A stretch of DNA of 64,000 nt, from contig JASLWR010000010.1 of the NCBI GenBank assembly GCA_030740765.1, forward strand, positions 7,819 to 71,818. Reading direction: 5' to 3'. The notes beneath the pieces are model-generated. The model had not been told where the DNA came from. It did not search any database and saw nothing but the letters and a program-made list of their open reading frames with translations. A program made the position numbers and the translations under genes. Source of the stretch: Thermoplasmatota archaeon (lineage in GTDB: Archaea; Thermoplasmatota; Penumbrarchaeia; JASLWR01). Positions 11,601-19,654 of the stretch are shown piece after piece; within the stretch, counting starts at the first letter, position 1; each line of letters opens with the position of its first letter.

Positions 11601-12043
11601 CCCCAGAGTTTCTTGGCATCGGCAATATCCGAGTCTTTCATGTTCACGTATTCGACGATATCGAGCTTATCGGCTACGGTAAGATAATCGTCCATAAAGT
11701 ATGAGAGTCCCTGGTGGTCGTTCAATGTTCTCTGCGTTTGATCTTCCGTTTCATGTGGAGCGTTATAATAGAGTAAAGGATGTGAATATATGTTGCTGCT
11801 GGCCGAATCGTAGAAAACCGAAGCTGGAATTGAAGCAAGATAAGAATAATCATCAAGATACGTTTCCTTATCGAAGCCGATGAAGGTTACTTTATTCGCT
11901 GCCGACATTCGATTCCAGGTAACTGAATCGAATCTATATGATCCATCGGCATTATCCGCTGGGATGTCCACCTCGAAACACCCGGTGAACATGATTGTGC
12001 ACATCATCAACCAGATGATACACACGAAGACTTTTTCTCTCAT
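8612..12043 (-). CDS. Giant exported/surface protein with a C-terminal TM anchor (function unknown)
   Basis: 1143 aa. N-terminal hydrophobic signal ending in a lipobox-like FTGC. Long extracellular region. C-terminal TM (ITINWIIVFILLLIGGIAATIYII) and a basic tail KKKNRGPQVKEG. I considered a peptidase-like His/Cys pair (VMHGG...GFSAGSCL) but it is not established. Confidence 0.6.
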   Translation of the reverse strand: MREKVFVCIIWLMMCTIMFTGCFEVDIPADNADGSYRFDSVTWNRMSAANKVTFIGFDKETYLDDYSYLASIPASVFYDSASSNIYSHPLLYYNAPHETEDQTQRTLNDHQGLSYFMDDYLTVADKLDIVEYVNMKDSDIADAKKLWGENSSHEISRKDPYNTAADIALYNWEYSKNAVLVPIKEEYPFEKIETSGSVIGQTPDKQVEKITFKGTKEPSPVQPNDHDFDIEEGYKYVTAHMIWGEDWTPEQIRKLIERGKDPDMQLFDMEIGQVGASEEWNVLSGPQEHIGSYIYHSGDWRASVTYMPTEQLLSLDEDMDALQEIMKDLQNDTVESTENEKAVGPLPVIEYPKSASGSEAKYTIDITIYPGVDIPLPELTSFSTRNAEFTLESDDPSQKLGLIINGPSGAEIFADISDNQVKTALIPELGIGQYAVSVVNLNDVAKPTDFTVSYKWEQTKAITEGRALWSASQGAVIGSMYNAPLLYTKMDSVPESTKNAMDTLGVTEVILVNREGYASADLSERIEDCRSIFQTSLEVAEYKDVGKIYKLIKDRSALNGTWSNDVVFSTINAWNPWLGGVKSPEQEESGALYIGPGAYAAAHHGTPLIILDLSEPLSCSQAWHNEFWRLAAQSRRAPSVACMVLTGFQVYDYLAEYGFDLPDKQESMLTVAGQFDIGTAWDRMFTEAAYPGRIMGTPVDTSYWVSRSIFYPYMIYANPGVNPALDEHGGKRITGSSSTRIAGRLVITEDEKEIEVTNPVLETWVSYQHKFNELASEYWGCPYTTRTGITPFFTDSPDEIDKGLGGKYPDITTSEIVRYYSEKGNFDEVFTTNFDKTMENLNRGVIMWYEVMHGGSSGGGVVGFWNENQKEPNPWRGYEENGIPLVSIGSEGIIEENPLQDLTRLRGSTEDPDVVTMSKYYGLDLQPSTGPKSDMGVIPETHDGVIIAILQQGQTGHQTGYMWDDAMDNIHSVGFSAGSCLIANTYLHLTTMRHGSVFQIIDPWLTSWYSSFAMEMFAKDQATGGYTVGQSYVRGITHVGIQYLIDGWWWDIFENLVYYGDPDIVMFTPNNAWEKPVAMEEGTSINGHNFYGAEEHSHAIGGITINWIIVFILLLIGGIAATIYIIKKKNRGPQVKEGSKDSK

Positions 12044-12188
12044 TCTTTCACTCCTCTCAATTAACTTTGATTAGACTCATCTATAGTATGGATAATGTTA
12101 TTTGTTTTTATTTATTATCTTTTTTCCCTGTTTCGATTTTTATTATTCATTACAATGGAATGGACCCATCAGAAATGTCGGAAATCGT

Positions 12189-13562
12189 TCATTTCCTCTC
12201 ACTATGAACCTTCATAAGGTTTTCGTAGGCCTGGTTAATGATGGCGGCTTCCGCCTCCGCTGCCATTTTTATCCTTTCCGGTGAATCCTGGTATTTGTCT
12301 GGATGGTAATCTTTAATTTTTTTCAGGTAAGCCTTTTTTATCTCTTCCACAGTGGCCCCCTCTTCCAATCCCAATATCTGGTATTGATCCCTTCCATCGG
12401 GACTATCTGGTATTGCCACCGTGGTGTGAACGTAATTGACCAGTGGAATATCCACTACTGGAATCTCTTCGATCTTCTCCTCTTCTTCCTTCATCTTTTT
12501 ATACCCCTTTTTAGAATCTGGAGAAAGGTTGATCCACGAGCAGCAGAGGACCATAACGAAGAATACTACGGGGTAGATATAGTATGATAGTCCTCCGATG
12601 GAATAGAATGCAAAATCAGGATAAAAATATCCCACCCAGATCATTACCGAGATCGATATTGTGCTTAGAGGTAATATTCGGCCTTTTCCTTTGAACTTTT
12701 TCTTTATCCATATCAGAGAAAGTAAGGGATACCCGAGAATTATGGTGCCGCAAAATACGTAGAATAACAGTGACGGGGATTTTAAACTTGAGTCATGGAC
12801 CATTACTTCATTGTTGCTTCCGGTGAACTTTGTATATGTTGTTTCCAATCGATAAGTTTCTCCATTTCTGCTTCTCGAATGATCGAGACTAATATCCTCG
12901 AAACTCATAGATGATGGATCCTGACTGACGATCTCGATTTGTATCCAGGCATAATCCTTCCCTTGCCAGTATTTCTTTTCCAGATTATTGAGGTTCAGTT
13001 CACTAGCCAGATCGTTGTCATGCATGAATTCCAGGTAGGAATATTCTCTCTTGGAATTTCCGTCACCCACGCCGAACCCGGTTCTAAGCTCCATACCTAT
13101 TTCCCGACGCTCCGTGTAGAAAGTGATATTTGGGGCTGTCAAATGTATATCGTCTCCCGGATCCAATACTCCTTTGATGATCCTGGAGATATTAATATTT
13201 TCGAGATCGGACGAAGAATTGTCCCTAAAAAACTTTTCCCAAAAATATCTATGCACAATATGGCTGTCAAGCTTGTTAAATATCCGAAAATCGAGGTTCA
13301 GGTCCCCGGGTGCCGTTATATTCATGTTGTTTTTTTCCGTGGTTCCAAAATAAAAGGAAATATCGCCTGATTCTGCGGTAGTAAATTCAATTTTTAATTC
13401 CATTGTGATGATATAACCACTATTACCTATGAAAGGTAATGCCTGGCAGGTCGGGCTGAGGGTCGATGGAAGCAGAAAAATGAATAGCGAGAAGATAATG
13501 GATATGGCGAGAGTTTTTCCTTGCCATATACATTTGTGATTCGATTTCGGGAGTGCATTCAA
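12189..13562 (-). CDS. Membrane protein with a C-terminal DnaJ (J) domain
   Basis: N-terminal signal/TM. Extracytoplasmic domain with N-glyc sequons. Two internal TM helices. C-terminal J domain with an HPD tripeptide (DQYQILGLEEGATVEEIKKAYLKKIKDYHPDKY). Confidence 0.65.
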   Translation of the reverse strand: MNALPKSNHKCIWQGKTLAISIIFSLFIFLLPSTLSPTCQALPFIGNSGYIITMELKIEFTTAESGDISFYFGTTEKNNMNITAPGDLNLDFRIFNKLDSHIVHRYFWEKFFRDNSSSDLENINISRIIKGVLDPGDDIHLTAPNITFYTERREIGMELRTGFGVGDGNSKREYSYLEFMHDNDLASELNLNNLEKKYWQGKDYAWIQIEIVSQDPSSMSFEDISLDHSRSRNGETYRLETTYTKFTGSNNEVMVHDSSLKSPSLLFYVFCGTIILGYPLLSLIWIKKKFKGKGRILPLSTISISVMIWVGYFYPDFAFYSIGGLSYYIYPVVFFVMVLCCSWINLSPDSKKGYKKMKEEEEKIEEIPVVDIPLVNYVHTTVAIPDSPDGRDQYQILGLEEGATVEEIKKAYLKKIKDYHPDKYQDSPERIKMAAEAEAAIINQAYENLMKVHSERK

Positions 13563-13655
13563 CGATATCCCCTCAGGTACCCCTCAAATTGAAATCATAC
13601 CGTGGCCCCTGCCATTCATTGATGTCATGCCCGGTTCTTACGTGTTCGATTCGTT

Positions 13656-14555
13656 CTATGTTGGTTGATCGCAGAACGGACATATCTTGTATTTAACCTT
13701 AACCTGCTGGCCGCACGACACACAGGTCTTTTTATCGGGGACGGCTCCAGGGGACGCTTGCGGGATCTGTGGCGGGGCACCTCCCACTCCCAGTTGGGCC
13801 TGGAGTTGCTGCGTGGCAATAAGCTGTTGTTGTTGCATTTCCAGAAGCTGGTGCTGCATCATAATCTGCTGTTGCTGTCCTTGCATAATCGCTCGCTGCT
13901 GTGTATCGATTAAGGGTGGGTGTTCTTTCATCCATCCCATTGACTGTATCTCACCCACCAGCAGCAGGCTGAGACCACAGACAGCAACCACTCCTCCGAT
14001 AATCGGTATGAACAGATTGCCCTGGCTGATTTCCTGAGCCCCTGGCGAAAAAACCATTATACAGCCGATTATAAATATTATTTTAGCAAATGTGTAGACC
14101 AAGGCCCCAATAAGTCCAAATTTTCCGCCCCCCACCTCTTTCATCTGCAGGAACCACCCCCATGCGATGGGAATGAACGGTATGCCCATCCAGAGGGGGA
14201 TGACGAGATCAGGGTCGAACATAACTGGGAATAGAACCCATCCAACACCTAGGAATAAAATTCCAATCATTTGAAGGATGAAACCTATCAGAATGGCGGA
14301 TGAATGTTTCTCTCCATAGATGTCCCTTTTTGTCAGAGTGATAATACTGCACACCAGTAGATAGATGGCAAAAGTTGGGACGGTCATGCACAATCCGCAC
14401 ATTGCGAGGAACCCCTCCCCTATATCGCCCAATTCATTCGACCTGAATTTAATGAACATAATAAGAAAAAATACCTCTACGATGATCAGAACGATTATTG
14501 CGATGAGGTTCAGAACCTGGCTGGTGACGCCTGGATTAGATTCTTTAGTGGCCAT
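13656..14555 (-). CDS. Polytopic membrane protein with a Q-rich linker and a C-terminal zinc ribbon
   Basis: About 7 TM helices. A CAG-encoded Gln-rich low-complexity stretch (QQQQIMMQHQLLEMQQQQLIATQQLQAQ). C-terminal CVSCGQQVKVKYKICPFC zinc ribbon. Confidence 0.55.
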   Translation of the reverse strand: MATKESNPGVTSQVLNLIAIIVLIIVEVFFLIMFIKFRSNELGDIGEGFLAMCGLCMTVPTFAIYLLVCSIITLTKRDIYGEKHSSAILIGFILQMIGILFLGVGWVLFPVMFDPDLVIPLWMGIPFIPIAWGWFLQMKEVGGGKFGLIGALVYTFAKIIFIIGCIMVFSPGAQEISQGNLFIPIIGGVVAVCGLSLLLVGEIQSMGWMKEHPPLIDTQQRAIMQGQQQQIMMQHQLLEMQQQQLIATQQLQAQLGVGGAPPQIPQASPGAVPDKKTCVSCGQQVKVKYKICPFCDQPT

Positions 14556-14673
14556 GGATGAGTCCTCTTGGTATTAACGGTAATAGTAAACTCACTTAAT
14601 ATATATATTCTTTCCGAGCGAATGTCTAGTTCTGACTGAGCCGTCTGAAAGAAAATATTTTATTGAAATTTAC

Positions 14674-15522
14674 TTGTTCCAATTAATATTTATAGATTTA
14701 GATTTATTGGGGATGTGTATGTTGCTTTTAAAGTTTGGCGGAAGTGTCATTACCAATAAAAAAAAAAGGGACAAGATTTTCAGGGAGGATACCGCCTCTA
14801 GACTGATAGAAGAGTTGAAACTCGGCCTCGCCGTTTTTCGTGATAATCGTGCGATCCTGGTACATGGTGCGGGGTCTTTCGGTCATATTTTAGCAAGGGA
14901 GCATTCTATACATAGAGGTAATCTGGGTGGAGGGGATTATCTCACCATTGTGCCACGTATAAGGAGGGACATGAGGAGACTGAACCATTTCGTGGAAAAA
15001 CTTCTGCTTGAAAAAGGCTTTCACCCGATTTCCCTTCCCCCCGAAGCGGTACTTTACAAGGAGGGAGAAGGAATTATTACACCGATACCTCAGGGTATTG
15101 CAGCCATGATTAGCTTTTTACAAGAGGGTTTTATGCCGGTCCTCTTTGGTGACGTGATTGCCGATAAAGACCTGGGCTTTTCGATATGTTCGGGGGACGA
15201 CGTGATGAAAGTTCTTTCATATTTGGATGAAGTCGAGCGGATAATATTCGTCACCGCGGTAGACGGAATAATCGGGAAAAATTCAAACGGTACAAGGGGA
15301 GAGAACATCCGTGAGAATTCCCCTTCAGGTCTTTTAAGAGACATTTTTATCAGTAATGACGACGAAGTAGCTGATGTTACGGGTTCCATGTATGGAAAGG
15401 CGGAGAGGATCGCTGAAATGGCCGCTGGTAAGGAGGTACTTCTGATAAACGGAAATGTTCCCGGAAGGCTGGAATCCGCCGTAAAGGGGGAACCTGTAAT
15501 CGGTACACTGATTCGGACTTGA
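14674..15522 (+). CDS. Isopentenyl phosphate kinase (amino-acid kinase family; archaeal mevalonate pathway)
   Basis: LKFGGSVIT and VHGAGSFGH motifs are characteristic of IPK. The true start is probably the in-frame ATG at about 14713 (MCMLLLKFGGS). Confidence 0.85.
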   Translation: MFQLIFIDLDLLGMCMLLLKFGGSVITNKKKRDKIFREDTASRLIEELKLGLAVFRDNRAILVHGAGSFGHILAREHSIHRGNLGGGDYLTIVPRIRRDMRRLNHFVEKLLLEKGFHPISLPPEAVLYKEGEGIITPIPQGIAAMISFLQEGFMPVLFGDVIADKDLGFSICSGDDVMKVLSYLDEVERIIFVTAVDGIIGKNSNGTRGENIRENSPSGLLRDIFISNDDEVADVTGSMYGKAERIAEMAAGKEVLLINGNVPGRLESAVKGEPVIGTLIRT

Positions 15523-15546
15523 ATTTATTACTACCAGGGCGAGAAT

Positions 15547-16629
15547 ATGGCTGTAAAAAAATTAATAGTAAATAGAAAAGAGGACCACATCAAGATCTGT
15601 CTCGAGGAGGGCCCGGTGGCAACATGGAACCTGCTTGACTGCATAGAGATAGTACACAATGCCCTCCCTGATATTGACCAAGTCGATATCGATGTACGTA
15701 GGACATTTTTGGGAGAGGAACTGAAGGCCCCGCTAGTTATCGCTGCTATGACCGGTGGTACATGGGATGGGATAAAAATAAATGAAAATCTCGCCGGTGC
15801 AGCATCAAGAATGGGTGTTGGATTGGGTGTGGGGTCGCAAAGGGCGGCTCTCGAGGACGAAGGATTGATTCCAACCTACTCTGTTGTCCGTGAATTCGAT
15901 ATTCCTCTCCTAATGGCAAATATAGGGATGCCACAGCTAATAATTGCCTCTCGAAGTGGGGGTATGAATGAAGTCAGGGATATTATCAGGCGATCACTGG
16001 ATATGATTGGAGCAAGTTTCATTTGCATTCATCTGAACTATCTTCAGGAGGCGGTCCAGCCCGAAGGTGAAACCTTAGCCAGAGGCGGTTTTGAAATCAT
16101 CAGGGAGCTCTGTAATGATTTTTCGATTGTTATCAAGGAGACCGGTGCAGGGATCGACATTGACACGATATTAAAGCTCCGGGACGCAGGGGCGACCGCA
16201 ATTGATGTGGGGGGCAGGGGCGGCACAAGTTTCAGCGCGGTTGAATACTTCAGGAGCATGCAAGAGGATGATGGCAGCGGAAAAATGGGTAAGATGCTGT
16301 GGGATTGGGGGATCCCTACACCCGTGGTTGTGTCCGAAGCCCATGGAAAGCTTCCAATAATTGCAACGGGTGGTGTGAGAAACGGCATGGATGTGTTCAA
16401 ATTATTATCCATGGGTGCGGATGTGGTGGGTCTGGGAAGAGTATTGCTGGAACCTGCCATGAAGAGCGAGGAGGAGGTTGGTCGAATGCTTGATAAGTTG
16501 ATCTCCGGGTTGAAGACCACCATGTTCCTTACGGGCTGCTCAACATTAGACAAAATTACCAAGGTAAAAAAGATCTTCTATCCACCATTGACCTACTGGA
16601 TCGAGCAGGGGACCGGGAAAGATAAATGA
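15547..16629 (+). CDS. fni: Isopentenyl-diphosphate delta-isomerase, type 2 (FMN-dependent IDI-2)
   Basis: N-terminal NRKEDHI motif. TIM-barrel FMN-binding segments (AAMTGGT, GGRGGTSF, ATGGVRNG). It sits directly downstream of IPK, a classic archaeal pairing. Confidence 0.9.
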   Translation: MAVKKLIVNRKEDHIKICLEEGPVATWNLLDCIEIVHNALPDIDQVDIDVRRTFLGEELKAPLVIAAMTGGTWDGIKINENLAGAASRMGVGLGVGSQRAALEDEGLIPTYSVVREFDIPLLMANIGMPQLIIASRSGGMNEVRDIIRRSLDMIGASFICIHLNYLQEAVQPEGETLARGGFEIIRELCNDFSIVIKETGAGIDIDTILKLRDAGATAIDVGGRGGTSFSAVEYFRSMQEDDGSGKMGKMLWDWGIPTPVVVSEAHGKLPIIATGGVRNGMDVFKLLSMGADVVGLGRVLLEPAMKSEEEVGRMLDKLISGLKTTMFLTGCSTLDKITKVKKIFYPPLTYWIEQGTGKDK

Positions 16630-16634
16630 ATATC

Positions 16635-17330
16635 TTATGGTAACAGGGCCAGTTCTGCTGCTGCCAAGGCATGTATCTGTGTGGTATTGAATAAAATTTT
16701 TTTCATTTCTTCCTGTTTAACGAGCAGAGGTATCTCGGTACATCCCAGTATAACCCCCTGAGCTCCATTCCCCGCAAGTTTTTTTATGATCTCATTAAAC
16801 CGCTGACGAGATGCATCCTTTAGCTGACCCCGGACGAGTTCATCGTATATGACCCTGTGTACAAAGGTCATATCCTCTTTTTCGGGAATGATGACTTCAA
16901 TACCGAATAACTGATTCAGCCGTTTCTTATAGAAGTCCTGGGTCATTGTGAATTTGGTTCCCAGCAACCCTACTCTATCAAATCCCTTGTCCAATATTAC
17001 TCGTGCGGTGGAATCTGCAATATGTACGAGAGGTATTTTTATATTATTTTCGACCTCATCTGCCACCCTGTGCATCGTATTTGTGCAAATGGCCACCAAA
17101 TCGGCGCCGGCATTTTCCAAGCATTTGGCGGCGTCTACCATCATAAGGGCCAGTTTTTCCCATTGGTTTCGATGCTGCAGTTCGTCTATCACCTGAAAAT
17201 CCATACTGTATATAATTATCTTTCCTGAATGTAGTTTCCCCACCCGTCTGTTTATGTGGTGGTTTATAATGCGATAATACTCAACAGTTGACTCCCAGCT
17301 CATACCGCCAATAAGACCTATGGTTTTCAT
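16635..17330 (-). CDS. Aspartate/glutamate racemase family protein (aspartate racemase-like)
   Basis: 231 aa. MKTIGLIGGMSWESTVEYY start and two-cysteine racemase architecture (…AICTNTMH… / …ILGCTEIP…). Confidence 0.85.
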   Translation of the reverse strand: MKTIGLIGGMSWESTVEYYRIINHHINRRVGKLHSGKIIIYSMDFQVIDELQHRNQWEKLALMMVDAAKCLENAGADLVAICTNTMHRVADEVENNIKIPLVHIADSTARVILDKGFDRVGLLGTKFTMTQDFYKKRLNQLFGIEVIIPEKEDMTFVHRVIYDELVRGQLKDASRQRFNEIIKKLAGNGAQGVILGCTEIPLLVKQEEMKKILFNTTQIHALAAAELALLP

Positions 17331-17353
17331 TTGATCTCCCGGTTAATTGTTTT

Positions 17354-17700
17354 AAAATGCGTAGGTGCACACCGCAAAATGTGCGGGTCTCCGCAGACCC
17401 CTTTGGGCTCTGCTATCCCCTTGCTTTTTTCTCCTTTTGGCAGAAAAAAGTGCGGGTGCTCGCTTCGCTACGGTGAACTAATAATTCACCTGCCCCCTCA
17501 CTTTTTCTTCCCTTCGCTCAGAAAAAGTGCGTGTTCCCACTTCGCTCCGTTGCATCCTCGACAAGTCTGTCTTCGGATGCAACTGCCCCCTTACATTTCC
17601 CTCCCTCGCTCGGGAAATGTGCGTGTTCCCACTCCGTTCCGTCGAATCATAGATTCGACTGCCTCCGCCCATTTTTCTCCCTTTGGTAGCAAAATGTGCG
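17354..17700. repeat. Degenerate tandem array of five ~67-92 bp units, each starting AAAA(T/A)GTGCG(G/T)G and containing a 6-9 bp-stem hairpin plus a T-tract
   Basis: Unit starts at about 17377, 17444, 17523, 17615 and 17691. The last unit is the 3' end of the tRNA-Leu. Units 3 and 4 share a ~25-nt near-identical block (gtgcgtgttcccact(t/c)cg(c/t)tccgt). Hairpins include gttgcatcc…ggatgcaac and gtcgaatc…gattcgac. Confidence 0.6.
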
Positions 17701-17780
17701 GGGGGAGGGATTTGAACCCTCGAAGCACTAAGCACAGGGTCCTAAGCCCTGCCCCTTAGACCAAACTCGGGTACCCCCGC
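17697..17780 (-). tRNA. tRNA-Leu (anticodon UAG), class II with a long variable arm
   Basis: Minus-strand sequence GCGGGGGTACCCGAGTTTGGTCTAAGGGGCAGGGCTTAGGACCCTGTGCTTAGTGCTTCGAGGGTTCAAATCCCTCCCCCCGCA. 7-bp acceptor stem. Anticodon stem CAGGG/CCCTG with loop CTTAGGA (anticodon TAG). Long variable arm. T-arm GGGTTCAAATCCC. Discriminator A. Confidence 0.85.
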
Positions 17781-17884
17781 ATATTGTCAAATGGGCATGG
17801 AATGACTTCTAAGCATTTACAGCCTGCCAGTAGATACAATAATGGCCGATATAATATTAATGGTCCCAATGCATGATAGGATAA

Positions 17885-19432
17885 TCAACGCAGACGCGGG
17901 AAGAATATGATGAACAATATCATAAAACCGATGGATAGAGCGGTCGTTATAGATACTATCGAAGTTATTCTATCACGTTTTTTCTTCGAGATCTTTTTAC
18001 CCATTTTCTCAAGAATTGCCGCAAAGGTATCTCTGAAGATGAAACCGCCGTCCACAGGTATGCATGGCAATGTATTGAAGGTTCCTATAAGTATGTTCAA
18101 CCAGAAGAGATAATAGAATGTGTTTGCCAGGAACCAGAATCCGTTTTCTCCTATCAATGACCAGAATCCACCAACTTCATACACATCGGTGAGAGGGGAA
18201 TGGAACGGCATCATCTTGGTATTCATGGGAAGCATGATCGAATATGTTACGAGATTCAAACCCACCTCACCTGGCGAATCGGCACTGGCGATGGGGCGGT
18301 GGAGTGTTTCGATAATCTTTTGAGGATCCTGGACGCCAACTCCGAGAAATCCTTTTCCCCTATCCCTCTCTTCATTCGTGTGGCGGTATTTTTCCGTAAG
18401 AGTGATATTCGAAAATGTTTTCCCATCGCCTTTATAATATACTCCAATATCGATCTTATCCTGGTCGGACAGAACCGAAAGACCATCGGAAAATGAGGGA
18501 TGGTCCGTGACGGCAATGTGGGTAATCGTAAAGCTTGAATTAGAGCCTGCCAATTGATTTACAAGCCAGGTGAACGTGTCATTTGATATTTTTTTAATTT
18601 TTTTAAGCTCGATGTCCAGTTTATCATATTGGGAAAAACCGTTGAATAGCTCCCCGCTCTCATTCAGGGTTCTATAAGTATCGACAGATGTATTATTTTC
18701 AGTTACATTCCTATAAACTGTCAATTCGGTTATAAGCATACCCACCTCCAGCCCGCCTTCCTCAGCAGGATAATCCACTGTCAGGGAATAAACCATCACA
18801 CCTTCTTCCACCACTGTGAGCGACCCCATCATTCCCCACGAAAAGATACACGCACAGATCAAACCCACCACAATATTCATTGTTGGTCCCGAGGCATATA
18901 GTCTCATTCTCTTTATCCGGGTCGTACCTTTCAATTCCTTGTCATCTGGTTCCACGAATGCACCTATGGGTACAACCAGCATAAGAACACCCATGGATTT
19001 GACCTTCAGCTTTGCCACCAGTGCCATGATGCCATGAGAGAACTCGTGGACTACGATACCGATGATCAATGCTATAATTCCGTAACTGAGAGGTATAAGG
19101 TTATTTACTCCCGGTATTACCAGAATATCACTGGCGGGAACCGGTTCAATTTCCTTCATGGTGCTTCCAATGGTACTCAGTATTAGTACCCCGAACATCA
19201 TGAACATCGATAGATAGGTAATACCCAGGCCAATGTTGGCGAACCATTTCCAAAATCTTTTCAGCTTTGCTATCTTTGCGATGGCTTTTTTTCCTCTTTG
19301 AGTCCTGATCATAAGAATCGGACCCAGCAAGGACATATTTAGTTTATCGAAGTAACCAGTTCTCTTTAGAAAGATAATCGCTGCCATGTAAACAGTGATT
19401 AATCCAAAAAAGATAATGTAACCGTTTGCCAT
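17885..19432 (-). CDS. Site-2 protease (M50 family) membrane zinc metalloprotease
   Basis: HEXXH motif in a TM helix (VHEFSHGIMA), multiple TM helices, and a large PDZ-like/extracytoplasmic insertion. Confidence 0.8.
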   Translation of the reverse strand: MANGYIIFFGLITVYMAAIIFLKRTGYFDKLNMSLLGPILMIRTQRGKKAIAKIAKLKRFWKWFANIGLGITYLSMFMMFGVLILSTIGSTMKEIEPVPASDILVIPGVNNLIPLSYGIIALIIGIVVHEFSHGIMALVAKLKVKSMGVLMLVVPIGAFVEPDDKELKGTTRIKRMRLYASGPTMNIVVGLICACIFSWGMMGSLTVVEEGVMVYSLTVDYPAEEGGLEVGMLITELTVYRNVTENNTSVDTYRTLNESGELFNGFSQYDKLDIELKKIKKISNDTFTWLVNQLAGSNSSFTITHIAVTDHPSFSDGLSVLSDQDKIDIGVYYKGDGKTFSNITLTEKYRHTNEERDRGKGFLGVGVQDPQKIIETLHRPIASADSPGEVGLNLVTYSIMLPMNTKMMPFHSPLTDVYEVGGFWSLIGENGFWFLANTFYYLFWLNILIGTFNTLPCIPVDGGFIFRDTFAAILEKMGKKISKKKRDRITSIVSITTALSIGFMILFIIFFPRLR

Positions 19433-19654
19433 TTTTTATCACAGGTTCCTTCGATTGAAAATTCGGTATTTATGATATGTGGATCGGAAATTGTGACCTG
19501 GAGATTATATGTCAGGTCGTTAATCAGGGGAGGCATAATATAGTATTGGTTTTATTAAGGTATGCTCAAAAAAAACGGTTTTTTGTTCCCAGTTTCAGCG
19601 CCTGGCCTGTAGGCATCTCGTGTTGATGGCAGGCAGGGGATAGGAGGAACTTTC

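Noticed and set aside
8612-12043. Assigning the giant exported protein to clan CD cysteine peptidases (gingipain/C25-like) from a VMHGG…GSCL pair.
   Set aside because: The His–Cys spacing (about 120 aa) is too long for C25/C11/C13 and no other family motifs were seen. It is kept as function unknown.
13687-14037. Cys-rich 116-aa ORF (…CCCCISRSWCCIIICCCCPC…) on the plus strand.
   Set aside because: It is the antisense reading of the CAG/CTG-rich polyglutamine segment of the minus-strand membrane gene. It is a repeat-induced artefact.
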